The translations under genes and the position numbers were made by a program. The notes beneath the pieces were generated by a model. That model saw nothing but the letters and a program-made list of their open reading frames with translations, searched no databases and was not told the DNA's origin. From Oikopleura dioica (taxonomy: Eukaryota > Animalia > Chordata): 64,000 nucleotides of DNA. The DNA is taken from the NCBI GenBank assembly GCA_907165135.1, contig OU015566.1:9672001-9736000 (forward strand), read 5' to 3'. This document shows, piece after piece, positions 25,346 through 37,936 of this stretch (the stretch's first letter is position 1; each line of letters begins with the position of its first letter).

Positions 25346-26406
25346 CTACTCGTACAATGTTTTGACATCGTGCTGGTAGTATTCATTTTCACAATCCATG
25401 ACTCTTATGTGCCAGGGACAGGATGAATGGTCGATGTCGTCGGTGAAGTCATCTTTAAAACATTTCAAGCAAGCAACGTGTCCACATTTTGTCAAGAATG
25501 ATTTTCGGCGGTCTGTGTCGTTGTAAAATTCGCCGCAGACTCTGCAGTACAGGTATTGTTTTCTGTTCTCTAAAGCAACTGATAACACAAGGTTCATACG
25601 TCAATTTACCTTTTGCTTCAACCTCGTCATCTAGAGAGAGCTCCGCAGCGACTGAGTGGTACTCGTATGAAAGTTGTCTGAATCGCTTGAGGCTCTCATT
25701 CTTTTCTTTCTCGCATTGATTTATGCTTTTCTTTTCCGCTTCATAATTATTCTTCTGCGTCTCAAGATACTTTTTGGTCTTTTCGACTTTCTCCATCATT
25801 TTTTTCAAGGCCATTTCCTCTCGTTTTAATCTCTCTTCCGTCTTCTCTATTATATTTTTTGTATTCTCGTGACTGTCCTCGATCCCCTGGAGAGAATGGA
25901 AGTCATCCTTATAAAACTGATTGACAACTTTCAGTTGTTTTTCCTGGGCTACAAACAACTTTATAGTTCTTTCATAAAAAATAAAAACTAACCTTGTTTA
26001 TTTTCTGTCAGGACTTTTGAAGCTGGCTCACAACATGATCCACGGTAAAATTCCCAGATATCAATGTCCTCTGATTTGCAGCTTCCTTCATTGTCAAAGG
26101 CTGGGCATTTCAATTTTGCGTCTGAGATCTCAGAATATAGGTCCTTCGCATTCTTGAAGTCGCTCCCATACTCCTTTGTCGCACAGACTTCGCAAAAATT
26201 TCTGCCTTCCATGGGCCATGTTTCGAATGGAACTCTATAATTGAATAATGATCAACATAGTGAGAATTCTAGTCTGACCCGTCGCATTGTGATCCGTGAC
26301 ACTTTCCGAATTTCCCGTAGGAGACGAGCACGCCAGGGTAAATACTCTCGAAGGACTCAATCTTTGCCATCTTTGCCGTTGAAGTCGATGCTTCATCAAC
26401 ATCCAT
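25346..26406 (-). CDS. Cys-rich N-terminal finger + coiled coil + C-terminal RING finger protein
   Basis: C-terminal CRVC..CGHVACLKC..CPWH is RING-like. A K/E-rich coiled coil precedes it, and the N-terminus reads FCEVC..CPA..GSC..GSCC. Four exons joined by hand. Confidence 0.7.
25959..25993 (-). other. Candidate 35-nt GG-AG intron with weak stem
   Basis: caa|GGTT-AGTT...AACT-atAAAG|ttg. The neighbouring GT donor, 1 nt inside, would frameshift. Confidence 0.45.
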
Positions 26407-26908
26407 TTTTGGGATCAAGTATTGGTCGATAAAAAGTAATTGTTTTTTTTTTTGGTAAATTTATCTATCGGCCAGGTCGTCTCTGAAGTCTACTCGAGAG
26501 ATTGTCATCTAGAAAGCTCATTGGACAAATATAACGGAAAAAATCAGCCAGTCATCTGACATTTATAATTGAATGAATAATCCAAGTGAAATTTCCACTT
26601 GCTTGAAGTTGCTCCTATGAAAGCAAACGTGATTGTAAAATTAAATAGTTGTCATCATCAACTGATTATCAGCGGAATTTATTCAGAGATGCGCCTTTTA
26701 TCAGCGACTTTTCTCAAATCGAGACAAATTCGAGTGATTTCTCTAGATCTATCGAAATTCGCGGAATCAGTCGTGCTCACTCCCTCATTAGGCGTGAGCC
26801 GGTGGCGACAGAAAGAGAAGGAGAGAAAACGACTGAATTGAGATTTTTGGTAGAAAAATGGATACTTTTCAAGGAATAAGATCTGAGCTGATCGTAAACT
26901 ACGGAAAC

Positions 26909-27832
26909 ATGAGATGTTGTAATCTCTGCGGTTGGTAAGACTAACGAAACTGTAGATTACCGACTGTAAACTGTTTAGGGGAGTTGTGAAAATCTACGGG
27001 CTTCCTTGTCAATGGCAGATCTGCGCTAAATGTCAAGATTTTGACGAGGAGTTCGTTTTGATGTTCGGCAGCTTGAACGATGCTGTCTTCAGATGTCCAG
27101 CAAGCATGGCGGGCAAAGGCTGTGGGGCGAACGATCTTTGCTTCAGAGATTTGATCCTGGGAACTTGTTGCGCCCGGGCCATGCGAACCCATTACGACAT
27201 AGGTTTGATAAGATTATCAGCCATCATTGATGATCGATTCCTAATTTAGGAGGCTGCGATATCTTCCTTTTCACACAGCAATACTTGAAGCGCGCCAAGA
27301 CACGAGAAGCCCACGCAAGGCTGGCCTTCGTCAATGGAAAAGAATGGCTTGCTAATGCACTGAAAAACTTGAGGGAAGCTAAGGATGATATATCAAAATG
27401 GAGAGAGTCGGCGAAGGAGATCGTCGAACAGGCGATAAAAGAGTTCGCAGCGACGATGGGCACCGGTCAACCGCCGAGTTTCTTGAACGACTTGAGGAGA
27501 AGAGAAGCGATACTCTTTGTACAGCCTTCTTTGCAAAAGTAGATATTTACAAATGCGTTTAGAAAACCAGAACAGATCAAATACGCGAAGAAGTAGAAGA
27601 GTCGAAAGAGCTCATCAGCCAAGCTCTCAGAGCTGGATACAGAGAGGTCGAGTTGAAATATGAAGTTGCTAGGAAGGAAAGCGAAATGGTCACTCTCCGA
27701 TACTTGCATTTGTGGCATCGATTCGTTGAAAGTGTCGAGAAGATTGAAGAAAAGGTTACCTACTCTCTAGTCTGTATTCAGAAGATTATTCTCTTTTAGA
27801 TCGGGAACGACAAGAAGAAGGACCAAGAATAA
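26909..27832 (+). CDS. Cys-rich finger + coiled-coil protein, probable paralog of 25346-26406
   Basis: MRCCNLCGW|GVVKIYGLPCQWQICAKC..CPASMAGKGC..GTCC followed by helical K/E-rich exons. GT-AG junctions in phase. Confidence 0.65.
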
Positions 27833-28204
27833 GAAAAGCTACAAATAAATTTTATTCGAACAGTTTTCTAATAAAACTGAATAGAAAAAATCATCAGTCC
27901 TCGTTGTCTTCATTTCATATTTACCATCATTTTATAACCATGAAAATGTTTATTCGTTGCGTAATCGTAAAAATGAGCAGGTCAAATAGGTGCGCTCGCG
28001 AACTTTTTCAAACAAAGAGAATCAGGGTAAAGCACAGCGCTAAAATTATTCTTTTATAAGAATCTTGCCGTAGGCGCCAAGCATTCAAGGATAAAAACAA
28101 TATTCGAACATCGATTTTCACACGCCCTTGCGTCCACAGAGGAGTTTCTAGAGCTTGTTATGGAATAGTGAAGAAGTAACCGAGACAGTGCAGTTAGAAG
28201 CCAA

Positions 28205-29867
28205 ATGGGGTGGAAGGAAAGGCAGGATCTTCAAGTGCTAGCGGGGTCGATTGTCTTTCTCGGCGGAATCATCGGTACGATTTTTCAATTGATACAACGT
28301 AGTTTTAATAAACTTCTGAAAGGTGGCATCTTCGGCTGGGGCGGCGCGAAGGGATGGTCCGCTGAAAAACCGATAGATTGGCCCGAGCCAGACCGTTTCT
28401 GGCCGAAGCCAAATGCAACCAATTGCTCAAATTTCGATCCCCTTTATGAAGCGCCAGTGCGTCACGTCGAAAAGGACTGCTACTCGAGATGGTATTATTG
28501 GCAACTTCCGCAGGATGAGGCCGATGCTGTTTCAAGGGCTGTCGTTTGGATTCTCTACGCATTGCATCAAATCGCACACTGGGTTTTCATTTGGTTTGCG
28601 CAGCAGCACAAGAAAAAGCTTTTGGAAAATAAGGTATTCAAATATGAAACCTTCGACAGGATGATTAAATGATAAGTTCAGGAAGAAGTTTACGTTTCGA
28701 AACTCCGATGGTACAACTGGGCTCTTGTAGGAGTTACAGGGCTCTTCCACATTGCTCATCTCGTGCAAACCCACACGACTTACGATGCTACCGCCAAAGA
28801 TGTTGTCATTCAAGCATCTCAAGGCTCCGTCATCATGATGCTTGTATTCGTCCTGTTGATCGAGTATCGCGACAGAGGAATGGTCTTTGGTTGGCCGAAT
28901 CAATGGTCTGATGACGTTGTTGCTCAGAAACTCCGAATGAGCCCAGGACCAATTGAATATGTTAGAAAATATCATGGATATGCATTCAGCTGGGCGGTAA
29001 TCTTTACTTTTTGGTATCATCCGATGGAGAATACGTATGGCCATGCTCTAGGATTTTGCCATACGTACTTGGTCATGATCCAGGTTTTCAATCGTAAATG
29101 AATATTCGTTTATAAAATTGGTTTAGGGCAGCTTGATTTACCAAAAGATCCATTTGAACAAATACTTTCGCTTTTTGCTCGAAACATGGGTCTGGTTTCA
29201 CGGTTTTGCAGTCGCAGTTATGGTCGCAAAAGGAGAGTGGTGGGATGAAATGGCTCCGTTTATGTTCGGCATTGGTTTCGGCACTCTGATTTTTGTCACG
29301 CAACTATACGGTCTTCCTTTTTGGAGAAAGCTGAACCCATATTTCCGGTCCAAAGGCCTTTTTCCAATTGGTTTTTATTCTATTTTCAGGCTCATACCAG
29401 GGGTTCTTTGGATTCTAGCGGTTGTAATTGGAATAACAGCGTCATCTCTACCAAACAGCTATATCCTCACAATGTTCCAAATTCCACTTGGACAAATGGG
29501 ATGTGCAGTTATCGCCTGGTTCTTTTGCTGGGTCCTCATGAAATGTCTTCCTCCAAAGTAAAAAATATATAAACAGAACATGAGAGCAAATCTATTTTGT
29601 AGACAACGATTCTCCAACACCATCTTTGCCGTCACAACGCTACTTATGTACTGTATCTTCATTACAGTCTCGGCCCTATTTCAGTATTACGCCCAAAGCA
29701 TAGAAGTTCCATTCATCGCGATGACTTACATTCTTGTCTTTTTATACATGATAGGCGCCATCATTGCTTTTTTCCTTGCTCCAGTTCCAGAAAACCTCCT
29801 GATCTCAAAAGTCGATCCTGATTTCAACTCTGACACCCAACTTCAACAAAAACCTTCAACTGAATAA
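28205..29867 (+). CDS. Multi-pass membrane protein of unknown function
   Basis: Six phase-compatible GT-AG exons with many hydrophobic helices. Motifs WYYWQLP, LHQIAHW, QTHTTYD, SQGSV, RKYHGYAFSWAVIFTFWYHPME. Confidence 0.8.
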
Positions 29868-30324
29868 AAAATAAATTGTTTTTTCAATAAATTATTCAAA
29901 ATAATAAACAAGTCGTTTTATATATTTCAATTAAATCTCCGAGAAGAAGTTATTTTACTCAGTCTGGTTAGTTAGACGTCTAACTGTATCAAAGTAGACG
30001 ATAATTTCGCGTGTTGTCAATTTGAGTCAACTATCGGTCTTATTTTTCTTGACTTTTGAATAATTGAAATCAACGAGGAGAAAATATAAGAGGTTGATCA
30101 AAGAACAAGTGACTTTATCGTCGAATTTAGAATCAAGAGGTAAAAATCTATTTTCATCAAGGCTTATTTTATGGCGCATAAGGCCGCGAGAATCAACAAT
30201 AAATTATATATGCAGAGCTATCTTTTATTCACAGAGAGCCTAGTAGCAGGACCGTCAGTATTCGGACGGCGCTGCACACTGTCTCTCGTTTCTTCTGCGC
30301 ATTAATTCTTTCTTCCAGGACATT

Positions 30325-31878
30325 ATGAGCCAGAGAATCGACTACTGGACAAATGAAAACGGACATAGGCTAAGATGGAGAGAGTGGCCGGTAGATAGGC
30401 CGAAAGCAGTGGTGTTCATTTCTCATACCTACGGAAAGTATCAGATAGAAGAAAAGACTTTTTTGAATAGTTCTGAACGCAATATATTATTTCAAATAAT
30501 TTATTTATCAAATTTTCTATACCGCCCTCTCAATATTTAAGTATTTTGAAACGGATCCTTTGTTTTATATTCAACAGGGTTACGGTTTATTTCAGCAGAA
30601 AACCGTATTTCGAATGTCCTTTCAGAAAGGGTCATTTTTGAATAAGTAATGGATCTACCACTACTTCTATAATCATTTATAAATATCTAACCCTAGCAAG
30701 TCCCTCTACTCATTTATCACCAGATATCATTACTTTTTAATGGCATCATACTTAGCATGACATGCTACACCCCCAGTAGACTGTCTACTGTTAATCACGT
30801 TTGATACTCTGTAAAAGGACTGCATTCTGGCGTGTTTCAAGATTGTGCCTTGGAGATCAACAAGCACAATATTGGAGTTTATGCACACGATCATATGTAC
30901 CATGGAGAATCGGAGCCAGCAACTCCATGTTCTCCGAACAGATGTCAATTTCATTGCTTCGACGATCCAGTTCGAGATATAGCTGAACGCTTGAGGTAAA
31001 AAGTTATTTCATGAGCGTCAATAAACAATCATTTTTTAGAATGCTGCGGCATGAAAATCCCAAAATTCCAGTATTCATCTGGGGCCATGGAATCGGCGCG
31101 GTTTTCGCCATTCGAGTCGCAGTAGAACATGAAAATCATACTGATGGGTTAATCTTAGAAAGTCCCTTTATCAACCCTAGTGAGACAGCGATTGGCTGGC
31201 ATAAGACTATAGGAGGTTTGAAATCATGGAAGAGTATGAATCTAAACTTTCTAAGCTCAATTTCTCAGCTATCTTGTTCCCGACTTGAAAATTCCTGTCA
31301 TCGAGCCTTCCTTCTATACTTCAGGTACAGTTTCTCCATTGACACTACTCACCAAATCTTTTCTAGAGCAGAAAACCCTGAGCAAACTTCTCGCCGATCC
31401 TTTATGCTCCCTTAGTCTTGGGATGTCCACAAATCTTATCACACTTCTTAGCAAAGAACTGAAGAAACTTGAAGCGACCATTGCATTATTGGAAATTCCA
31501 TTTTGGTAAAATAAAAATTTTTCTAACAGACATTTTTATGCTCTATTTTTAGTGCATTTCTTGGAGAAAAGGACCAGATTATCAGCCTGTTTTCTGCCTC
31601 GCGAATCGAGAAAATGTCGCCAGCAAAAGACAAGAAAATCATTAGCTATCCACCCGGAAAACATTGTCTTCACCTTGAGCAAGCAACCATCAGATCTTCA
31701 TTTATCATTGATATCATAAAGGTATTTTGTTCTATTTCGACCCAGACAAATTTGACTATTTCAGTGGATAGAAGCGCGATCTCCTGCCGAAGCTCCACCA
31801 CTACCGCCAAAGGAAAGAAAATCCAGGCAAAAGAAGGCTCCAAGACACTCTTCAAGCAATCGATCCCATCATCGCTAG
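30325..31878 (+). CDS. Monoacylglycerol-lipase-like alpha/beta hydrolase, nucleophile Ser absent
   Basis: VVFISHTYG|LHSG, VYAHDHMYHGES, VFIWGHGIGA, LILESP, FLGEKD and GKHCLH follow the MGLL/lysophospholipase layout. Confidence 0.8.
30434..30817 (+). other. Non-canonical GA-AG intron with stem (lipase-like gene)
   Basis: tac g|GAAA-GTATCA...TGATAC-tctgtaAAAG|ga; yields HTYGLHSG. Confidence 0.75.
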
Positions 31879-33460
31879 AATTACCTTATTTACTTCTTCA
31901 TCTGCTTATAAATATACACTACAGTTTCATCACTATTTCTTATCAATATATTTCCAGCAAAGAGTCTTACCAGGAGGATTATCAAGGAGGCTTGAAAATC
32001 GTCAATTGACACTCCCCTTCAATAAAAATAAGGGTGTTTAGTGCCTTGTCTAAAATTTAACTTCGAAAAAAAGAGATAATCAACAAATCTTTATCAAAGA
32101 AATTGTGCAAATAGACAAATGCATACAGTGAGAATAGAACGACTGAAAGGCCATTTTAGGACACCAAGAACCCTTTTAAACCTGGAATTTATCTTACTAC
32201 GCCTCTTCTACTGAATAAAAGAGCCATTCTGTGGCCATAATACTTTTTGAATAAGAAATCAAGCCATTTGTTCCCGAACAAAGCCTCCTGTCACGCATCA
32301 ACGAGTGAAAGACCCTATTCTACGATTCTTCTTTGAATACCAAGAATTTCGAGATTTTTTTCTAGACTTGTCGATTTACAGTTTTCGAAGTTGAGACAAA
32401 GTTAGATTTAGTTGTGCGAAATAAATTTAATTACAAGGTAAAGAGAAAAATTGATTTTGAGAAAATGGGGGAATTATTTGATAGTTTTTCAATGGCATCT
32501 ACGTACTGGGACCCTAATTAACAATGGCTGTACAAGTCGACGTACAGACTTATTGGCGATAATTGGGCAAACTGTATCAAATGAGTAGGGATTCCCTTGC
32601 ACTTCCCTGCTAGACCGCTGCTGGATCAAATTGACACTAATTTAATCAAGAAGCTAATCAACTAACGGTAGAAACAGGCAAATCCGCTTGATACAGTTTG
32701 CCAAATTTTCGCTAATAAGGCCGCACGTCGGCTTGCGCAATCAGCCTAAGTGGGAATTAATCAAATCCCGCAGGTAGAATCGAATCGATCGCCGGTGCAA
32801 GATATGCACAGAATAAACGACGAGCAGTAAATCGATCGAGGGTAGTGGTCCCTTGAGTCACCAGAATAGGAATCGCGCGCGCTGATTCGCCGAGAGCGCA
32901 TGCCGCCTACAAGGGCACAGACTCGGTGCCAGATTCTGGAGAAGACGAGAGATCGGCAAGAGAATCTAATTTTCTACTTTTTCCTCTATTTTTGAAAGAA
33001 TCTATCTGTCAATTTGATCTAGCGAAATCACCTTTCTAGAACAAGCCATTCGAGAAAACTTTTTATAGATACGTTTATTATCATTAATAATAACGAGCAA
33101 TTTGTCGTTAAAATATTGATTAAATCCCCTGATTTTGATTTCCTTACACAAAGAAAGCTTTGGGTCTTGAATATTTTTCATGGAAAAAATATTTTTTCCG
33201 GTTCATTGACCCAGTCATTGATTTTTAACGACCTTGAGATTTTCGCCAACCCCAGCGCGTTCCTAGTCTACTCGCCCCATTTTCTTTTATTTTGTATCAG
33301 AGAGTAAAGAGCTCTTCTTGTTCAAATACCAGCCCGGTGGAAATTTACGTCCATGGCAAATATTTAACCCGATTTGCGCCCGGCAAAACGTTAAAATTTG
33401 TGCTTTTCTCTTCATTCCGACGTATTTTTCTCAACGAAGAGCATTTTCAGATAAGTCGAA

Positions 33461-34767
33461 ATGGGTAGCGATTCTAAGCAGGCCGGTCCACCAAAGTTCC
33501 AGTTCTACAACTCCGAGACTGGCGAGCTCTTGGGACGAAATGGCGCTTCTTGGCGTAAGTACTCTCATATTTGTACCTTAGTAGCTTTTGACTCGAAGAA
33601 AGGATCTAAATGTCCGTTTCGGCAATTTTTCTGCGTAAATCGACAAAATGAGGTTGAGTTGAAATATAACCGGCGAAAATTGCATTTATTAGTCCTAAAT
33701 AGATTATTATTGACGGTTTTTGCTGGTATATTTTCATCTCCCAACCCTCTTTTCTCCATTTACAAAGCCAAGAGAAATTACCAAAATGGATCTCCGTCCT
33801 TATTTTGAGCGCTACAGTATCCTACTTACCCTAGTTTCGTTTACTTATTATTTTCTTTAGTCAAGATCACCGTTTTCTACATCGCCTACTTCACCTTCCT
33901 CGCCGGTCTTTTCATGGCTTCCATCTCCGTCATGAAGACCACCGTCAACGACGACAAGCCACGACTTCAGACCCGTCTCCAGATCCCTGGCCTCCACGCT
34001 CTCCCCAAGCTCAGCCCAATGAACGACGCCCAGTCCGCTCGTCTCTCCGACAACGGCGGCGTTGCCATCAAGTACGACCCCAACAACGCTGATGACTACT
34101 CCATCTACACCGGCATCCTCGACGAGATCAAGGCCGAGTATTCCGGCGAAGCTGACACTCCATTCGACGTCAACTCTCTTGGCGCATGCGGAAGCGGCAA
34201 CTACGGTTATGATACCGCCTCTCCTTGCGTCTGGATCCGACTCAACAAGGTAACATATCCATTCTCGACCCGCCCTCACCTCCATCTTTCAGGTCATCGA
34301 CTGGACCCCCGTCGGCTACTTCGCCCCCACCGAAGCGCAAGGTTTCACCGCCGCTTCCCTCAACAGCCGAATGGAGAAGGATGCCGTCTACGTCCGATGC
34401 GAATCCAAAGAAGTCGAATCTGAGGACCGAGACGTCGCCAGCTTCGAATACTTTGGTGGTACTGATGGCAACCTCGAGTCCAAATACTACCCCTTTACTG
34501 GCAAGAAGGCCCAGCCCAACTACGAACAGCCAATTGTCGCCGTCAGGATCAATGGCCTCAAAGTAAGATACAATTTGAAAATTCTGTTACTAACTTTACG
34601 TTCAGCCTGGAGTTAACACTCGAATCTACTGCCGAGCTTTCGCCAAGAACATCCCCATTGATGACCGAGACAACCTTGGATCCATCACCTTCGAGGTAAA
34701 TCCCCTTACTTTCCTTTCCAAGATGCTAACTTTCACTTTTTAGGTCACTCAGGGCACCGCCGAGTAA
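33461..34767 (+). CDS. ATP1B: Na+/K+-ATPase beta subunit
   Basis: FYNSETGELLGRNGASW|LKITVFYIAYFTFLAGLF transmembrane segment, CVWIRLNK|VIDWTP, YYPFTGKKAQPNYEQPIVAV, CRAFAKNI. Five exons, all GT-AG, with strong C-ending codon bias. Confidence 0.95.
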
Positions 34768-35287
34768 ATATCCTGAGCTGAGAAAATCTCAACTCATGGA
34801 AGCTAGTTTGTAACATTTCTACTTCAATTACAAAACTTCGCATTCCAACTTACGATCAGAACATAAAATAAACAGTTATCTTTTGTTCGTAAACTTTACA
34901 ACCAGGGTCGGAGTTCTGTTTTCGCCAAACAGCGCTTTTACCTAACTGTTCTTCTATTCTATCTGCTTTAAGTTATTATTATTTCGCCAGTTGCTCGCAC
35001 AACATCATGGCTGGCAAATAAAAACAATCGCGTCGGGAAAGAATGATGTGTCCTTTTCTTTTTGCAGGTTTATTTGTAAGTCAGTAAGTAAGTCAGGGAA
35101 TGATCAGTACCATATTTCGCTAATTCTTCGGGTAGATCGGTAACCCGCCTGTTTATCATGCAGATTTCTTGGCTTTCTCTGACGATTGTGAGTGCAAATA
35201 TTGGGGATGAAGGAAGCTACTCTTGCCCGTGCTCGCAGGACAGTATTCCTGGAGTTGACCCTCGCTCTGAGGGAAGGACAATGCGAA

Positions 35288-37290
35288 CAGGGTTCCAATT
35301 CTGGCTGAGCGCTGAGCGACATCTGAGCGTGAGCGAGCGGTGAGCGAGCGAGCGATCGCTCACGCTCCGCTCACTCAACTGATTTTCATAGCGAACCGCT
35401 CAGTCGCTCGCTCGCTCAAGGCCAAAAAAATATGATAGCTGAGCGAGGTTTGAGCGAGGCTGGAGCGACTTTGGAGCGAGGTTTGAGCGACGTTGGAGCG
35501 AGGTTTGAGCGCCGCTCGAGCGAGGTTTGAGCGACGCTTGAGCGAAGTTTATTACTCACTAGCCAATTCTCCGCTCTTATTGGCCAAGATCTAAAAACTC
35601 CTTGGCGGTAAGCGAATGAATGGGGAGGATTTTAAGTCACGGATTTATTAAAAAGAGAGAATTTTAAATAAATTCTGCGAATAATTTTAACATATTGTTG
35701 CCAGCAATATACAGTTGGCGTGTTAGGTCGTTGGGTTTTCCCCGCCGTCTACAACTATTGAGTTGGTAACAATAAAAAAATTATTTTCGCTGAAACCCAC
35801 CGTCCTCAGCCAAACATTTTTTCAAAATTTAGGCTCGACTAAAAAATTGGTTTTGTTAGCTCACAATATCCAGGTGGCGTGTTAGGTCGTTGGGTTTTCC
35901 CCGCCGTCTACATCTGTTGAGTGAGTTAACATATAATATTTTTCGGTCAGCCTGATTTATCATTGATACCCAAGCCAACCCGATAATTTATTTTTTACGA
36001 GTGCTTCCTTAGTTCTTTTTGATTATTACAGCCATTCAACAGGTTTCTTCAACAATTAGACTAACCTCAAAAATTGGTTATGTTAACTTTCAATATCCAG
36101 TTGGCGTGTTAGGTCGTTGGGTTTTCCCCGCCGTCTACAACTGTTGAGTAGGTTAACATAGAATATTTTACGGCTAGCCTGATTTTGATTATAGGCATGG
36201 CTGTTGATTTCGAGTCCTTTGATTTTACCCGGCACTATTTTTCCGGGCAGCCCGCAGATTTTTCAGCGGGTTACTCGCACGGAGAGTCTTTTCACGGGCT
36301 ACCCGCGCTATTTGTTTTCTCCTTTCCGCCGAGTAGTGGAGACCAAACGGACATGAAATTTTAGCTGAATCCTTCATTCCTCAAAATCCTGCTTTTCTCA
36401 ATCCTCCATTTCCAAAAATCCTGAATCGGCAGAATTCTGAATTGGCGATTTGAGAAATGCGGGATTTTGGGAAATGCGGGAGCAGCGAGATTGGGCTATA
36501 ATTTAGCCTATAAAAGAACTTCTTTTGATGACCAGAAAAATGAAGTAAGGTTCGCTAAGAACCTTCTCATCGAACCGTACTTGAGAGGTCTATTTTGGCG
36601 AACCGTTCGTCAACCAAAATTTTCTTGCTTCGCTTGACGAACATTGAAATGTTTTCGCCTTTGCTTCGCTTTCGCCTTGATTTTTTGGCAAATTTGAATG
36701 CCTGGGGTAGTAAAAATTTTGGGGGGGTACTGAATTGTGCCGCCCTGCGCCGCCCAGCGTCGCCCGGTCCGAAACCATCCGGCTCTCATTCGACCCAACT
36801 ATGACCTAGGAAATTGTTCTGAACAAGAGCGAGAGTTTTGCCCCGCCAACCCAATGAGTTCTCTACCAGAAAATGCGCGCGTAAGGGCCTCTGCCTCGTC
36901 GCGCGCTCAATTAATTTGTGATTTTATGCCAAAATCTGAGTTTGGTTGAGAATTACTCTACTGGCACCCAAAATTATAGGATTGCCTTTTTTAATTTTCA
37001 GACAATATAAATATGTCAGAATAACTTACTTTATATAAAAATCAAAATTACCCGCTTTTGAAAGACAAAATTTTCGCTCGAGCGTCGCTCAAATGTCGCT
37101 CAAATGTCGCTCAGATTTCGCTCAAACCTCGCTCAAATCTCGCTCAAACGTCGCTCGCTCAGTCGCTCCGCTCGCTCAGCCGATATTTGAAAAATCTCGC
37201 TCAGCCACTCGCTCGCTCAGCCCTCGCTCAAACGTCGCTCGCTCATCGCTCGCTCAAATTCAAAATTTTTTGGCCAAATTTGGAACCCTG
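35288..37290. mobile_element. Non-autonomous hAT element (2003 bp) with GAGCG/CGCTC subterminal arrays
   Basis: TIR CAGGGTTCCAA at both ends. Perfect 8-bp TSD AATGCGAA (35280-35287, 37291-37298). No transposase ORF inside. Confidence 0.92.
35716..36139. repeat. Three identical 38-bp cores within diverged longer repeat units
   Basis: TGGCGTGTTAGGTCGTTGGGTTTTCCCCGCCGTCTACA at 35716, 35875 and 36102. The flanking parts of the units are only partly similar. Confidence 0.9.
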
Positions 37291-37936
37291 AATGCGAACA
37301 CAAATCGAGTGAAAATGAGTGCGATTTTCATCGTTATTTTTCCTCCATACGAGTGAGCTGGAGCATTTTTTCGCGCGAAATTTTTATATCACTCGAGGGA
37401 TGTCTAGGACGCCGCCAGGATGGTCATACAGTAGAGCCATTTTGATAAATCGTACTATTAGCATAATGTTATTTTTTATGACACAAGCCTCAATAAGATT
37501 ATAATGAATTTGGTGCAAGGTTAACGTTTTTTCAAGGCAACCGGGGATGAGACATTTTTTTCTCATACAATATTAAAGTAACCAAAAGGGACCATCAAAA
37601 CATTTTTGTGTCATAGTCTAAGACTTAACGATTACGTCTTACTGACGGTTACCGTTAGATTATAACAGTAAAAATTTTTAACGGGCGGCTTTGAAAAGAC
37701 GACTTAGTATTAGTCTATTACTAATACTATTAGTCTAATAGAGGAAAATCAAAAGTCAGTCGAAGTTTTACCTGCATCACTATCAAATAGATTCTCAATA
37801 AATTTGACGTCAGAAAGCCTTGGAACTCAATTTCCACAGAAATAATCTTTCCATTCGCGTTTGTTCATTATGTCTCCATTTGCGTTGATAATGGATTGTC
37901 TCAGGAAAAATTATTTGACTAACTCTATTCTTTCAA

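Noticed and set aside
35158-35343. Small ORF interrupted by the 35288 hAT element
   Set aside because: The reconstructed empty site gives only about 47 codons with no recognisable domain.
35716-36139. CRISPR-like array
   Set aside because: Intervals are 121-189 nt and partly homologous to each other, there are no cas genes, and the context is eukaryotic and inside a hAT element.
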